NCBI GenBank assembly: GCA_031264885.1
Contig: JAISDM010000173.1
Span: 1 to 35,229, forward strand
From: Peptococcaceae bacterium
GTDB taxonomy: Bacteria; Bacillota; Peptococcia; DRI-13; UBA5745
DNA: 35,229 nt
Direction of reading: 5' to 3'
Numbering within the stretch: the stretch's first letter is position 1; each line of letters begins with the position of its first letter. A model generated the notes under the pieces. That model saw only the letters and a list, made by a program, of their open reading frames with translations. It did no database searches and was not told where the DNA came from. Positions 8,898 to 17,104 of the stretch are shown here, in pieces. The position numbers were made by a program, and so were the translations under genes.

Positions 8898-10217
8898 CTA
8901 TTCCTCGAATTTCCTCAAGCCCTGGCCTTCCATCCAAGTATCCAGCTGATCCATAAAGCGGCGTTCGTCCAAATCGGTCCGGTCGCCGGGCTGGGAGCCT
9001 TCATAATGCATGACCCGGACGCCGATCTCGCTCAATTGCAGACCCTGTTCCTTCCGGGTAAGGGTGCAGCCCACGCCGCCCCGGTACAGCGGCATCAGCG
9101 CGCCGTTTACCTTGAAGCCCTTGGCGAAATCCGTAATGGCGTTCAGGCGGAAATACTCATCGTCTTTAAACCGGTGCCCCCGGGCTTCCGTCAGCGCGGC
9201 CCGGACAGCGTCCTCCCGGGTTCTGATCTCCGTGCCCGCCGGCCTGGGAATCATCTCTCTGCGGTCCATGGTGCCGTCCGGTTTCAATTCAATCGGCCCG
9301 GCCATCATATGGCTGTATTGCGAACCGACGCAAACCGCCCCGTACTGCTCCATATAGCGGTAATATCTCAAGTAATGCCAGGGGGAGGGATGCGCCTCCA
9401 TCCAGCGGTAACGCTCATTCCCTACGGCCGCGATATGGTTGTCGATCCGCCATTGCAGCTCGTCCGAGAAGGATTTCCAGAAGTCCACCAGTTCGTCCGG
9501 CGCCACCTTGGTCAGCCCTCCCAGCGTGTAGAAGGAATACAGATCCTTCTGCCCCAGGGGGGAGGGGATATTCGTCATGGACTGGGTGACCTTCAGCGCG
9601 TATTCCCCCACCTGCCTGTGCGCCTTGATCGATTCGACAAATTTCTCGTCGTCGAACTCGATTCCGAAGATTCTTTCAATATCGTCAATCACCTTAAGGG
9701 TATTATACACCCGCTCCTCGATCATTTCCACTTCTCTTTGCGGATCCCGCTCGCCCAGGTACATCATCCAGTCGCCGCCCCAGCGGGGAATCGGGGAGAA
9801 GTCCATGCACTGCTGTCCCCGTTTGGTATGCTGGTCGCAGGGATCCGAGAACGGAACGCACATATCCCTCAGCGGGAACGGGCTGTTATCCAGCTGATAA
9901 CCCAGGAACTGAACCCCCCAGCAATTCTGCACATATCCGCAAATCTCACGGCCCCAGCCGCGGATCTCAGAAGCCAATCTGGCCTTGCGGGCAAAGGAAT
10001 CGCTCACACTGGCCATCATGGCGCCCACCGGATTGTCCTCGATGATATTCAGACCCTTGAAGCTCTCGCGCCAATCCACCTCGCCCGTATTGCCGTGCGC
10101 CAGCAGCAGATTCTCCTGCTCCGCCGATTCGTCGATGGATTTCTGCCATCTCGCCCTCAAAGCCTTGGCCCTTCCCCAGATCTCCAGCGGACGGGTCTCC
10201 CATAATTGTTTGCTCAT
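8898..10217 (-). CDS. Benzoyl-CoA reductase / 2-hydroxyacyl-CoA dehydratase family (HGD-D), large subunit
   Basis: Family-typical motifs are EICGYVQNCWG, NIPSPLG, RYRWMEAHPSPW...YGAVCVGSQYSH, GVGCTL and the C-terminal HYEGSQPGDRTDLDERRF. The ATG at 10217 (8 nt after GGAGG) is preferred. The track ATG at 10232 directly abuts the stop of the upstream ATPase. Confidence 0.8.
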   Translation of the reverse strand: MSKQLWETRPLEIWGRAKALRARWQKSIDESAEQENLLLAHGNTGEVDWRESFKGLNIIEDNPVGAMMASVSDSFARKARLASEIRGWGREICGYVQNCWGVQFLGYQLDNSPFPLRDMCVPFSDPCDQHTKRGQQCMDFSPIPRWGGDWMMYLGERDPQREVEMIEERVYNTLKVIDDIERIFGIEFDDEKFVESIKAHRQVGEYALKVTQSMTNIPSPLGQKDLYSFYTLGGLTKVAPDELVDFWKSFSDELQWRIDNHIAAVGNERYRWMEAHPSPWHYLRYYRYMEQYGAVCVGSQYSHMMAGPIELKPDGTMDRREMIPRPAGTEIRTREDAVRAALTEARGHRFKDDEYFRLNAITDFAKGFKVNGALMPLYRGGVGCTLTRKEQGLQLSEIGVRVMHYEGSQPGDRTDLDERRFMDQLDTWMEGQGLRKFEE

Positions 10218-10232
10218 TTTTTTAACCTCCAT

Positions 10233-11009
10233 TCACCTATCGCTCGCTATGACCGCCGCGCCTACGGCACAGCCGTACTGCGCCTCTTCCGGAATGAGGA
10301 AACGGATTCCGGAACGGGCCTTCAATCCATCGACCACCGCAGTGTTTCGGGTCATCCCGCCGATAAAAACCGTGGTCTCTTTCGCAGGCGGAATCTTATC
10401 CTTCAGAATCGCGTTGATCCGGCAAATCACCGTCTGAACCACCGCGCCCGCCACTTCCTTCTTGTGTACGTTCCGGTTCAGCAGTTCCAGCGCGTCCATC
10501 TCCGTAAAAACAGCGCAGCCGTCGTTCACCGTTTTGCCGCCCGCGGCATCTGGCGCCAGCGCGCTCATCTCCGCCAGGGTCATCCCCAGCCTTCTGCCCA
10601 TGTATTTCAGCATAATGCCCAAACCCGCCGAACATTTCTGGTTCAGCACCACTTCCTCGATCTTATCCCCTTCACCCAGGGTCGCCACACGCACCTGATC
10701 GGCGCCCGCGTCCACCACCGAAGTAGCGTTGGGATAGAAGTACCGGGCGGCGCGGGCATCCGCCACAACCTCCACCACACGGTCCCCCGCGAAGGCGACA
10801 TCGTACTTGCCCGCTCCGGTAGCCACCGTTTTGCTCACATCCGCAGCCTGGATCCCGGCCTTGTTCAAAGTCTCTTCCCACAGCTTTTCAGCCGCCCGAC
10901 CGCGGCCGGCCCCTCCGGCCGGCCCCTCGCTTTTGGCCGCGATCTTGCCGTCTTTCAGGATCACAATCTTGATATTTTCCAAACCCACGTCAACGCCGGC
11001 TGTAATCAT
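10233..11009 (-). CDS. BcrAD/BadFG-family ATPase (activator-type), divergent copy (ATPase-2)
   Basis: 258 aa with an ASKHA fold. Motifs are GVDVGLENIK, the cluster-ligand cysteines NQKCSAGLG and NDGCAVFTE, and FIGGMTRN. The phosphate-2 motif is degenerate (VVDAGADQ instead of DxGGQD) and the xCHxxGA motif is missing. The ribosome-binding site GGAGGA lies 7 nt upstream. Confidence 0.85.
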   Translation of the reverse strand: MITAGVDVGLENIKIVILKDGKIAAKSEGPAGGAGRGRAAEKLWEETLNKAGIQAADVSKTVATGAGKYDVAFAGDRVVEVVADARAARYFYPNATSVVDAGADQVRVATLGEGDKIEEVVLNQKCSAGLGIMLKYMGRRLGMTLAEMSALAPDAAGGKTVNDGCAVFTEMDALELLNRNVHKKEVAGAVVQTVICRINAILKDKIPPAKETTVFIGGMTRNTAVVDGLKARSGIRFLIPEEAQYGCAVGAAVIASDR

Positions 11010-11057
11010 TTTTTATTCCTCCTAATCCTCTGATTTCCTCAAAACAAACATCGGTCC

Positions 11058-11243
11058 CCGCGTCTTATCCCCTCTTCCGCAGGGGCGGCGCGGCATTCCC
11101 GCGCCTTATCCCTTTCCGTAGGGGCGGCATTTTGCCGCTCGGGACCGTCCGGAAACGCGCCCTAATTATTACCGGACTTGTCTATCACCCGTCATTCCAG
11201 GTTTGTTTATCCCCCCGTCATTCCGGGCTTGTCCCGGAATCCA
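11058..11243. repeat. Intergenic modular palindromic repeat, locus R2 (inside the BCR/HAD locus)
   Basis: A tandemly duplicated unit of about 40 nt (CTTATCCCCTCTTCCGCAGGGGCGGC... and CTTATCCCTTTCCGTAGGGGCGGCATTTTGCCGC) is followed by the tail GGGACCGTCCGGAAAC. A partial B module and a full B module CCGTCATTCCGGGCTTGTCCCGGAATCC (11216-11242) follow. Confidence 0.8.
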
Positions 11244-11310
11244 AAAATGACAAGATATGATAGCTTCCAGACAGCCTGGCCCGCCCCGGGGATCCCGCCG
11301 CCCCCGCGCC

Positions 11311-12447
11311 TTACGCCTTGCTCCACCCGTACAGCCGGGTCATTCCCGGCTTGATCATATTGATCAGCGCCTCGACGCCCAGCTTCGTTTCCTCATAAGG
11401 CATCGTGCTGTCCCGCTCAAACGTATGATACGGGATATTCCTTTCCCGGAGCAATTTCCACACAGCGTACATATCCGTACCGTGAGGGTGACAGTAAATC
11501 TGCTTGGCGATGATCACACCGTCGGCCTGATAATCCTCAAACAGCTCATAAATACGCTCCGGCCGCCGGCGCCACACATTGTCCTTCAAAGCGCTGTGGG
11601 GCCTTCCCAGATACCGCAGCCCGATGGCCATCAGACGGTCTTTCTGAGGAATCACATTGTTCCAGATATAGGAACTTCCATTGTCCAGCTCATCGATCAC
11701 AATATTGGCGCCCAGGGATTCCACCAGCTTCTCCAGTTCCGCGTCGTAGGTCTCGCTTCCCACCAGCATCAGGCGCACACAGTCGCCGTGAGGCTCGCGG
11801 CTCTCCAGCTCCGGGATCAGTTTTTCCAGTATTTTATTGGCTTCCGCCTTGTCCATGACCTGACATGCCAGAACGATCTCCATCGCCTCAGACCCCAAGA
11901 TGACAGAACGGTCAAACCTTCTCAGCTCATAAACCTGACGCAGCAAATTGCGGTTTGTGTTGTAGACCTCTATGGCGTGATCCAGCGCCTCATCCGTGAT
12001 GGTCTTGCCGAGCCACTCCTCCAGGCGCGTCTTAAACACCCCCATCTCCGAACGCATCACATCCTTGGATTTGCGGCCGTCGGGATAATCGGGCACAAAG
12101 AAATAGTGGCTGAACAGTCCCGGGAAATTGACCAGGGTCGTGGAACACGCGTTGTGCCACCACTGACAGCTTTCAATATCGATCAGGCCGTCCACATAAT
12201 CATACCTGCCGTTCATAAACTGATTCAGCATGTCCCGGGTAGGATAACAGTTGCCGTACATCTGGCGGTCCGTGTTATCATCCGCCTCATGCCGGGCCAG
12301 AATACGGATGGGCAGCGCTCCCGCGGCGTAAAGCAATTCTTCCGGGAAATAAACGTCATAATATCCCACCACTTTGCCGCCTGTGCGCTTCTTCCAATCT
12401 TTGGCGTATTCATGGCGTCCGTCTAATATCTCTTTCAAATTCTCCAT
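11311..12447 (-). CDS. Benzoyl-CoA reductase / 2-hydroxyacyl-CoA dehydratase family (HGD-D), small subunit
   Basis: 378 aa. The N-terminus is typical of the family (GGKVVGYYDVYFPEELLYAAGALP). Conserved Cys positions are ESCQWWHNAC and IYCHPHGTD. The ribosome-binding site GGAGGG lies 7 nt upstream. Confidence 0.8.
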   Translation of the reverse strand: MENLKEILDGRHEYAKDWKKRTGGKVVGYYDVYFPEELLYAAGALPIRILARHEADDNTDRQMYGNCYPTRDMLNQFMNGRYDYVDGLIDIESCQWWHNACSTTLVNFPGLFSHYFFVPDYPDGRKSKDVMRSEMGVFKTRLEEWLGKTITDEALDHAIEVYNTNRNLLRQVYELRRFDRSVILGSEAMEIVLACQVMDKAEANKILEKLIPELESREPHGDCVRLMLVGSETYDAELEKLVESLGANIVIDELDNGSSYIWNNVIPQKDRLMAIGLRYLGRPHSALKDNVWRRRPERIYELFEDYQADGVIIAKQIYCHPHGTDMYAVWKLLRERNIPYHTFERDSTMPYEETKLGVEALINMIKPGMTRLYGWSKA

Positions 12448-12494
12448 TTAGTTTCCCTCCAAAAATATCATTTCGGTTTCTCCTGGAACTCGAA

Positions 12495-13373
12495 TCAAGC
12501 CAGAAGCGCCGCGCCGATGGCGCCGGCCAGCTGAGGATCGTACTCGCTGGTGAGCGCGGCGGCGTCCAGCTCCCTCTCCAGCCTCTTGGTCACGCCTTTG
12601 TTCTTCGCCAAACCGCCCGTGAACGCCAGCTCCTTATACACCTTAATGTCCCCCACATCCAGAGGCGCCAGCTTGCCCACCGTACTCAATATCCTCCAGG
12701 CCACCGCAAAGAGATGCGCGGCGTAAACATCGTTCTCGGTGTAGGCCGCCTCCCTGTAGCCCTCGCGCAGCAAGCCCACCGTCTCCGTGTTGGCAAAGGC
12801 GTAACAGGTGGTGCTGACCGGTTCGGGGTCATTCTCAACCTGAAGGGATTTCTCCCCGATCTCCTGAATGGGTACCTGCAGAATATCACAGATGACCTCG
12901 ATGTCCCTTCCCATTCCGGCGGCACATTTATCATTGGTCTTAAAATCCCGGATCCTGTCCCACTCAAACAGCCGGATCGCTTTGCATGTCTGGCCGCCCA
13001 GATCCACAACCGTGGTCACGGAAGGCCCGAACATAAAGCGGGCGCCCTTGCCATGACATTGGATCTCATCCAGGGTTTTTGCCGCGTACCCGGCGTTCCT
13101 GCTGCCAAACCCGGTGGCCGCCACACTGCCGATGTCCTTCAGCGTCATTCCCGAAGCGCCCATCGCCCCTTGAATCACCGCGTCGGCAGCTTCCCGAAAA
13201 TCCGCCCCCGTGGCAATATTGGCATAACCGAACAGTTGGCCGTCACACAAGATGGCCGCCTGAGCGCTGGTTGTGCCGATATCGACTCCGGCCGTTATTT
13301 TTTTTGCCTTTTTCCAGTCGATCTTCTCAGACACCCACTTGGATTCCGGCCATTTCCAAAACTCCTGCGTCAT
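12495..13373 (-). CDS. BcrAD/BadFG-family ATPase (activator-type), canonical copy (ATPase-1)
   Basis: 292 aa. All HgdC-type motifs are present: GVDIGTTS, EIQCHGKGA, VVDLGGQTCK, NDKCAAGMGR, STTCYAFANTE, FTGGLAKN and AGAIGAAL. It has an N-terminal extension of about 25 aa. The ribosome-binding site is GAGGAGG. Confidence 0.85.
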   Translation of the reverse strand: MTQEFWKWPESKWVSEKIDWKKAKKITAGVDIGTTSAQAAILCDGQLFGYANIATGADFREAADAVIQGAMGASGMTLKDIGSVAATGFGSRNAGYAAKTLDEIQCHGKGARFMFGPSVTTVVDLGGQTCKAIRLFEWDRIRDFKTNDKCAAGMGRDIEVICDILQVPIQEIGEKSLQVENDPEPVSTTCYAFANTETVGLLREGYREAAYTENDVYAAHLFAVAWRILSTVGKLAPLDVGDIKVYKELAFTGGLAKNKGVTKRLERELDAAALTSEYDPQLAGAIGAALLA

Positions 13374-13510
13374 TACAGATACCTCCTCACAGAGTAGTAA
13401 AAAGATTGTGAAATCTATGACACTTCTAATATTTAATTATAGTAATTGTATGGACTGATTTTTATATACAGACAGCAGCTTTTAGAAGCGCAATCTGTCC
13501 TGGTTCTGTT

Positions 13511-14941
13511 CTATACCATTTTTTTCGCCAGATTTCCGACTAATTCGACAGCGTCGAATTCCTTCGCGGTCAGCGCCATGGCGTAACAGAAACGCATACA
13601 GCCGCCGAATTCGCCCCTTTTTGTAAAAATATTTCCCGGCGCCAGCAAAATATGATGCCGCATCGCCTCCGCGAACAGGGCCTCCGCGGATATTTTCCCG
13701 GGCATCGCCACCCATAGATAGGATCCGCCCTCAGGCCGGTACACCGCCGTTCCCTCGGGAAAACTCCGCTCAATGGCGTCGGCCAGCTGTTCACAGTTCT
13801 TTTGATAGACGCGTCTCAGGTTCTTTAAATAGATATGACATTTGCCGGAAGCTATGTACTGGGCGACCGCTTCCTGGCTGGCCCGCATAATCGCGAACGA
13901 ACCCATCCCGTACACATTTCTGATTTTCATGGTATGCTTTCCGGCCGCCACCCATCCCAGCCGGTACCCCGGGCTGATGGTTTTGGAGTAGCTGCTGACA
14001 TAAATCACCGACTCCGGCAGCAGACTCTTCAGCGTAGGCAGCATGCTCCCAAACCTCAGAGGCCCCATCACATCGTCTTCCACCACGATGATGTCGTATT
14101 CCTGGCATATTTCCAAAAGCCTATGCCGGTTCTCCAGCGGCATCAGCGACCCCGTCGGGTTTTGATAATTCGGGGTAACCAATATACACGCGGGCCTTAC
14201 GCCCGTCTCCAGCAGCAATTGCAATTTGTCCACATTCAAGCCGTAAGGCGGCAGCGTCTCAATCTCCATCGAGATCAAGCGCAGCTGCTGAATCAGGCTG
14301 AAGTAGCCGGGGAACCCCGGGCTCTCCATAATCACCAGGTCGCCCGGATTCGTCAGGGCGCTCAATACACTGTGTACGCCTTCCCACGCGCCCGTCGTGT
14401 TAAAAAGCTCCGCCTCAGACACCAGCGTGCCGGAGAATTGGAACATATACCTCGCCGTCATTTTTTCCACCAGACTCGTCGTCTCCGAGGTGGCGGAAGA
14501 AAAATCATAGGTATTGAGCTCCTGAGGCTTCGCCCGGATAATCCGCGTCAGGCACTTGCTCAGCTCCTCATTGGGGAAATACTGATTCGGCGGCGAGAAC
14601 GCCCCCAACTGAATCAAATCCTGGTCACGCCGGATGCTGTTCTTGAAATGCTGCACCTGTATATCGGGAAGAACAGGCTGAATCTGAAGCGGATGGGGAT
14701 AAAACGACGTCTCCTTGGGGGCGGATATTTCCTTCACCGCGTTCAGAATAAAACCCTTCCGCTCCTTGCTCCTTACGAGACCCTTGCGTTCCAGTCTGCA
14801 ATAAGCGTCGTAAACGGTCACATTGCTCACACCCAGATTCTGCGACATCGCCCGAATCGACGGCAGGAAATCACCCGGGCACAGATTGCCCGTGTACACG
14901 CTTTTCATAATAAATTCTATAACGGCCTCATATTTTCTCAT
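13511..14941 (-). CDS. MocR/GabR-type regulator (GntR winged-helix + class I aminotransferase-like PLP domain)
   Basis: 476 aa. The N-terminal GntR HTH is LPSIRAMSQNLGVSNVTVYDAYCRLERKGLV. The PLP-lysine motif is SYSKTISPGYRLGW. GC content is lower than in neighbouring genes. Confidence 0.85.
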   Translation of the reverse strand: MRKYEAVIEFIMKSVYTGNLCPGDFLPSIRAMSQNLGVSNVTVYDAYCRLERKGLVRSKERKGFILNAVKEISAPKETSFYPHPLQIQPVLPDIQVQHFKNSIRRDQDLIQLGAFSPPNQYFPNEELSKCLTRIIRAKPQELNTYDFSSATSETTSLVEKMTARYMFQFSGTLVSEAELFNTTGAWEGVHSVLSALTNPGDLVIMESPGFPGYFSLIQQLRLISMEIETLPPYGLNVDKLQLLLETGVRPACILVTPNYQNPTGSLMPLENRHRLLEICQEYDIIVVEDDVMGPLRFGSMLPTLKSLLPESVIYVSSYSKTISPGYRLGWVAAGKHTMKIRNVYGMGSFAIMRASQEAVAQYIASGKCHIYLKNLRRVYQKNCEQLADAIERSFPEGTAVYRPEGGSYLWVAMPGKISAEALFAEAMRHHILLAPGNIFTKRGEFGGCMRFCYAMALTAKEFDAVELVGNLAKKMV

Positions 14942-14956
14942 GCTTTTACCTCAACA

Positions 14957-15075
14957 CCCGGGCGGCAGAACGCCGCCCCTGCGGTACCGCGAACAACGCG
15001 TCCGCATGGGCTTCAACGCATCTGTAGGGGCGGCATCCTGCCGCCCGCCTCCGACAGACGCAATTCCCAAATTCC
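14957..15075. repeat. Intergenic modular palindromic repeat, locus R3
   Basis: GGGCGGCAGAACGCCGCCCCTGCGGTACCGCGAACAACGCGTCC...CATCTGTAGGGGCGGCATCCTGCCGCCCGCCTCCGACAGACGC. It fills almost the whole 137-bp space between the pfk stop and the MocR start. Confidence 0.8.
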
Positions 15076-15078
15076 CCG

Positions 15079-16326
15079 TCATCCCTTTTTCACGGGCGCC
15101 TTTTTTAGCTGGGCAAATCTGGGGAGACCGTTCACATTTTGAGGATACGACTCGCCCTGAATCAGCGGCCGCGCGTATTGAATGAACTCCTCATTCAGCC
15201 CGTGGCCCTCCTTATTGATCCATTCCCGGGGAATCGTTTTTTCTTTATTGGCGACCTCGCCCAGATCCACCAAAGTGGTTTCGCACCGGTACTCCGGCCC
15301 CCGGCCCCTCTCAAAAGCGACCATGCAATCAGACTTGCCTTCTATCGCCAGCCTCACCGCGGACTGCCCGGCCATGAACGCCTCGTTCACATCGGTGAGA
15401 GAAGCGCAGTGCGCGGCGCACCGCTGAAGGAGGCTGAATTCTATGCTTCTCAGCTTTATATTTAATTTTTGCCCGAGAATCCGGGTCAAAACAGCGGCCG
15501 CGCCGCCCAGCTGCACATGACCGAAAGCGTCTTTCCCATGCTGGTGAACGGTCATTTCAGCCACATAATTGCCTTCCTTGTCATGAATCCCCTCCGATAT
15601 GGCCACAATGACCTTGCCGGATTTTCGATACACCGCGTCCACATCCGACACAAACTTATCGATCTCAAAGGGGATTTCAGGCAAATAGATCAAGTCAGGC
15701 CCGTACCCCTCATAGGTGGCCAGCGCCGACGCGGCGGTGAGCCAGCCCGCGTTTCTGCCCATGATCTCCAATACGGTCGCCATTCCGGTGTCATACACCC
15801 GCGCGTCCAAATACACCTCCATCATCGACGTGGCGATATACTTCGCGGCGCTGCCATAGCCGGGACAGTGATCGGTTCCGTAAAGATCGTTGTCGATGGT
15901 CTTCGGCACACCCAATATACGGCACTCATAGCCGGATTTTTTCAAATACCGGCTGATCTTGCTGCATGTGTCCATAGAGTCGTTCCCGCCGTTATAAAAG
16001 AAATAACGGATATCATATTTCTGAAACACCTCCAAAAGACGCTTGCAATCCGTTTCGTCCTCCTCAAAATCCTTGAGCTTGTACCGAACCGATCCCAGCG
16101 CCGACGAAGGCGTCGTCTTTAAACGCGCGATCTCCCCCTTGTCCTCTTGAGAGATATCATAAAAATCCTCGTTCAATATGCCTTTAATCCCGTGCGCCGC
16201 GCCATAAACCCCCGTAATATCCGCCTGCGCCAGCGCCTCCGTAAAGACCCCCGCGGCGCTGGCGTTGATGACAGACGTAGGCCCGCCGGACTGTCCAAAC
16301 ATACACGCACCCTTTAAATTCCCCAT
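15079..16326 (-). CDS. pfp: 6-phosphofructokinase, pyrophosphate-dependent type likely
   Basis: 415 aa. It has GQSGGPTSVINAS, GGNDS (Asp where ATP-PFKs have GGDGS) and PKTIDNDL (Lys where ATP-PFKs have PGTIDND). The Asp/Lys pair is the established PPi-specificity signature. Confidence 0.8.
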   Translation of the reverse strand: MGNLKGACMFGQSGGPTSVINASAAGVFTEALAQADITGVYGAAHGIKGILNEDFYDISQEDKGEIARLKTTPSSALGSVRYKLKDFEEDETDCKRLLEVFQKYDIRYFFYNGGNDSMDTCSKISRYLKKSGYECRILGVPKTIDNDLYGTDHCPGYGSAAKYIATSMMEVYLDARVYDTGMATVLEIMGRNAGWLTAASALATYEGYGPDLIYLPEIPFEIDKFVSDVDAVYRKSGKVIVAISEGIHDKEGNYVAEMTVHQHGKDAFGHVQLGGAAAVLTRILGQKLNIKLRSIEFSLLQRCAAHCASLTDVNEAFMAGQSAVRLAIEGKSDCMVAFERGRGPEYRCETTLVDLGEVANKEKTIPREWINKEGHGLNEEFIQYARPLIQGESYPQNVNGLPRFAQLKKAPVKKG

Positions 16327-16341
16327 AAGCTTTCCTCCTTT

Positions 16342-17073
16342 TTACATCACGGCCGCGCCCAGAACCTCTCCGATGCGGTCATGGATCACCAAATCCGCCT
16401 GTTTGTCATAAGGCGTCGCCGACTGATTGATCAGCACCACCTTGCCCTTCGCGTATTGAATCAGCCCCGCGGCCGGATAGACCGCCAAAGACGTTCCCCC
16501 GACAATCAAGAGCCGCGTCTCCGCGATGAATTGAACCGATTCGGACATAACGTCCTGATCGAGCGCCTCCTCATACAAGACCACATCCGGCCTGACCATT
16601 CCCCCGCAGACATCGCATTCAGGGACCGCGCCGGGGCTTTCAGCGACAAATTCCAAGCCGAAACTTTTCCGGCAATTCACACAATAATTCCTATGCACAG
16701 ACCCGTGCAGCTCCAGAACCTTTTGACTTCCGGCCTTCTGATGCAGCCCATCCACATTCTGGGTGATTACCGTTTTCAGTTTGCCTTCCGCCTCCAGCCT
16801 GGCCAGCGCGTAATGAGCGGCATTCGGCCGGGCGTCGGGATACAGCATTTTTTCTTTGTAAAATCGAAAAAAAAGCTCCGGCCGATCCATCAAAAAATGA
16901 TGGCTCAACAAAGCTTCCGGTCTGTGCCCATACTCGCTCAGCGCCTTATAAATCCCGTTTTCGCTGCGAAAATCAGGGATATCGCTTTCCGTAGACACCC
17001 CCGCCCCGCCAAAAAACACGATATGGTCACATTCCGTGATCAATCTTTTTAATTCCTCTGTCTCCGGCGCCAC
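16342..17073 (-). CDS. cobB: NAD-dependent protein deacylase (Sir2/CobB family)
   Basis: 243 aa. Motifs are GAGVSTESDIPDFRS, QNVDGLH and the Zn ribbon CVNC...CDVCGG. The start is GTG. Confidence 0.85.
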   Translation of the reverse strand: MAPETEELKRLITECDHIVFFGGAGVSTESDIPDFRSENGIYKALSEYGHRPEALLSHHFLMDRPELFFRFYKEKMLYPDARPNAAHYALARLEAEGKLKTVITQNVDGLHQKAGSQKVLELHGSVHRNYCVNCRKSFGLEFVAESPGAVPECDVCGGMVRPDVVLYEEALDQDVMSESVQFIAETRLLIVGGTSLAVYPAAGLIQYAKGKVVLINQSATPYDKQADLVIHDRIGEVLGAAVM

Positions 17074-17104
17074 GCCTACCCCACCACCTTTTCGGTATCG
17101 TCAT

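Noticed and set aside
16342-17073. The Sir2-domain protein as a defence-type SIR2 NADase effector
   Set aside because: It has the short CobB-like architecture with an intact Zn ribbon and GAGVSTESDIPDFRS motif. It sits among housekeeping genes and has no partner sensor gene.
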